From contig JAGNWK010000004.1 of the NCBI GenBank assembly GCA_017985985.1, positions 2,320-66,319 on the forward strand: 64,000 bases of DNA, given 5' to 3'. The stretch comes from Oligoflexales bacterium (GTDB lineage: Bacteria > Bdellovibrionota_B > Oligoflexia > Oligoflexales > Bog-1112). Below the pieces are notes generated by a model. It was not told where the DNA came from. It saw only the letters and a program-made list of their open reading frames with translations, and made no database searches. A program made the translations under genes and the position numbers. This document shows, in pieces, positions 63,373 through 64,000 of the stretch (positions are counted from its first letter, which is position 1; each line of letters opens with the position of its first letter).

Positions 63373-64000
63373 AAGTCTGACCTAACTCGAGTAGCGATTT
63401 TTCGTGCTGTGGCCACACAGGTGACAACTTTAGCTGCAAAGATGGAGTAGCAACTCTGTCCATGTTCAGTAATTTCTGAAATGCGTGCGTCGCTTGCACT
63501 CTGTGTAGAATCGACAACTCGATCAACGAGAATAGAGCGGACATACTGAGCTTCTGAGAGGATTGGAAATAGTTCCTTAGATACTTGTAGAAAGCCTTCC
63601 CAGTTGGTCACAATATGAGGGATACGACTAAAAAGAGATGTATCTTGGAAGGAAGTCTCTCTCACTAGCTGTGAAACTTCTACATGAGCAGCAATATGGA
63701 GATCGGAATTACCAAAAGGCAGAAAGGAAGGAAAGGCTCCATCCATGACAGTCATGCCTAGTTTAAGTGAGCCAGGAAGTCGGATAAGGCAAAGTTCTTG
63801 CAGATTGAACTGAAAAGCACGCTTTGTAAAACCCATCCAGCCACAAAAACGATTGTAGTGAGCATAGCTTGCATTGATAACACAGTCGTAGGATTCCTCT
63901 CGACTTGTTTTTCCATCCCAAACTTCTAAAATCTTGGTTCCGTTTGAGCCCATCACAGCATGCCGTATCTCGCTATCAAGAAAAATTTGTACGTCTTTAG
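63363..64000 (-). CDS. Hypothetical protein, 5' end outside the window (possibly an FAD-dependent oxidoreductase-like C-terminal part)
   Basis: The frame stays open from 63956 to the window edge (..KDVQIFLDSEIRHAVMGSNG..). It overlaps the epimerase start by 10 nt. The function guess is weak because the dinucleotide-binding N-terminus is not visible. Confidence 0.4.
   Translation of the reverse strand, partial: KDVQIFLDSEIRHAVMGSNGTKILEVWDGKTSREESYDCVINASYAHYNRFCGWMGFTKRAFQFNLQELCLIRLPGSLKLGMTVMDGAFPSFLPFGNSDLHIAAHVEVSQLVRETSFQDTSLFSRIPHIVTNWEGFLQVSKELFPILSEAQYVRSILVDRVVDSTQSASDARISEITEHGQSCYSIFAAKVVTCVATARKIATRVRSDLCV

Overview
This 64-kb window looks like a chromosomal segment from a diderm (Gram-negative-type) bacterium. 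I did not try to determine the taxon. The gene content (mevalonate plus futalosine pathway genes, many secreted or lipoprotein-like hypotheticals) loosely resembles Bdellovibrio-like or deltaproteobacterial lineages, but that is a low-confidence inference.

Coding is dense: about 60 CDS, many with 4-20 nt start/stop overlaps and frequent TTG or GTG starts. All functional calls rest on motifs I recognise in the supplied translations. No database search was run.

Gene content, in window order:
- The tail of one glycan locus (flippase-like protein, FkbM methyltransferase).
- A decayed lipoprotein pseudogene, an MFS transporter and accD.
- meaB plus methylmalonyl-CoA mutase.
- A secreted-protein block: FadL-like barrel, SGNH lipoprotein, DUF885.
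- An overlapping HMG-CoA reductase / mevalonate kinase / MqnC-MqnE-like fusion operon.
- dedA, an MBL-fold hydrolase, an AI-2E transporter and rsmI.
- The housekeeping run uppS-cdsA-rseP-tsaB-pssA-asd, then truA, an orphan OppF-like ATPase, tatD and AdoMet decarboxylase.
- A signal-peptide-bearing eukaryotic-like kinase-fold protein, kbl and rlmN.
- A four-gene operon alternating small barrel-like proteins with a PIG-L deacetylase and a glycosyltransferase-like protein.
- exbB-exbD coupled to a Glu-Cys-ligase-like gene and a large NAD-glutamate dehydrogenase.
- A Ste24-type protease, a second Mqn radical SAM gene and rplS.
- An A+T-richer glycan (O-antigen-like) biosynthesis island that runs to the window end.

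I saw no rRNA, tRNA, CRISPR array, transposase, integrase or phage gene.

The most unusual layer is non-coding. At least five families of short palindromic interspersed repeats populate the intergenic spaces. One copy is inserted in frame inside tsaB, one is nested inside another repeat, and one carries a 5 x 26-bp tandem array.
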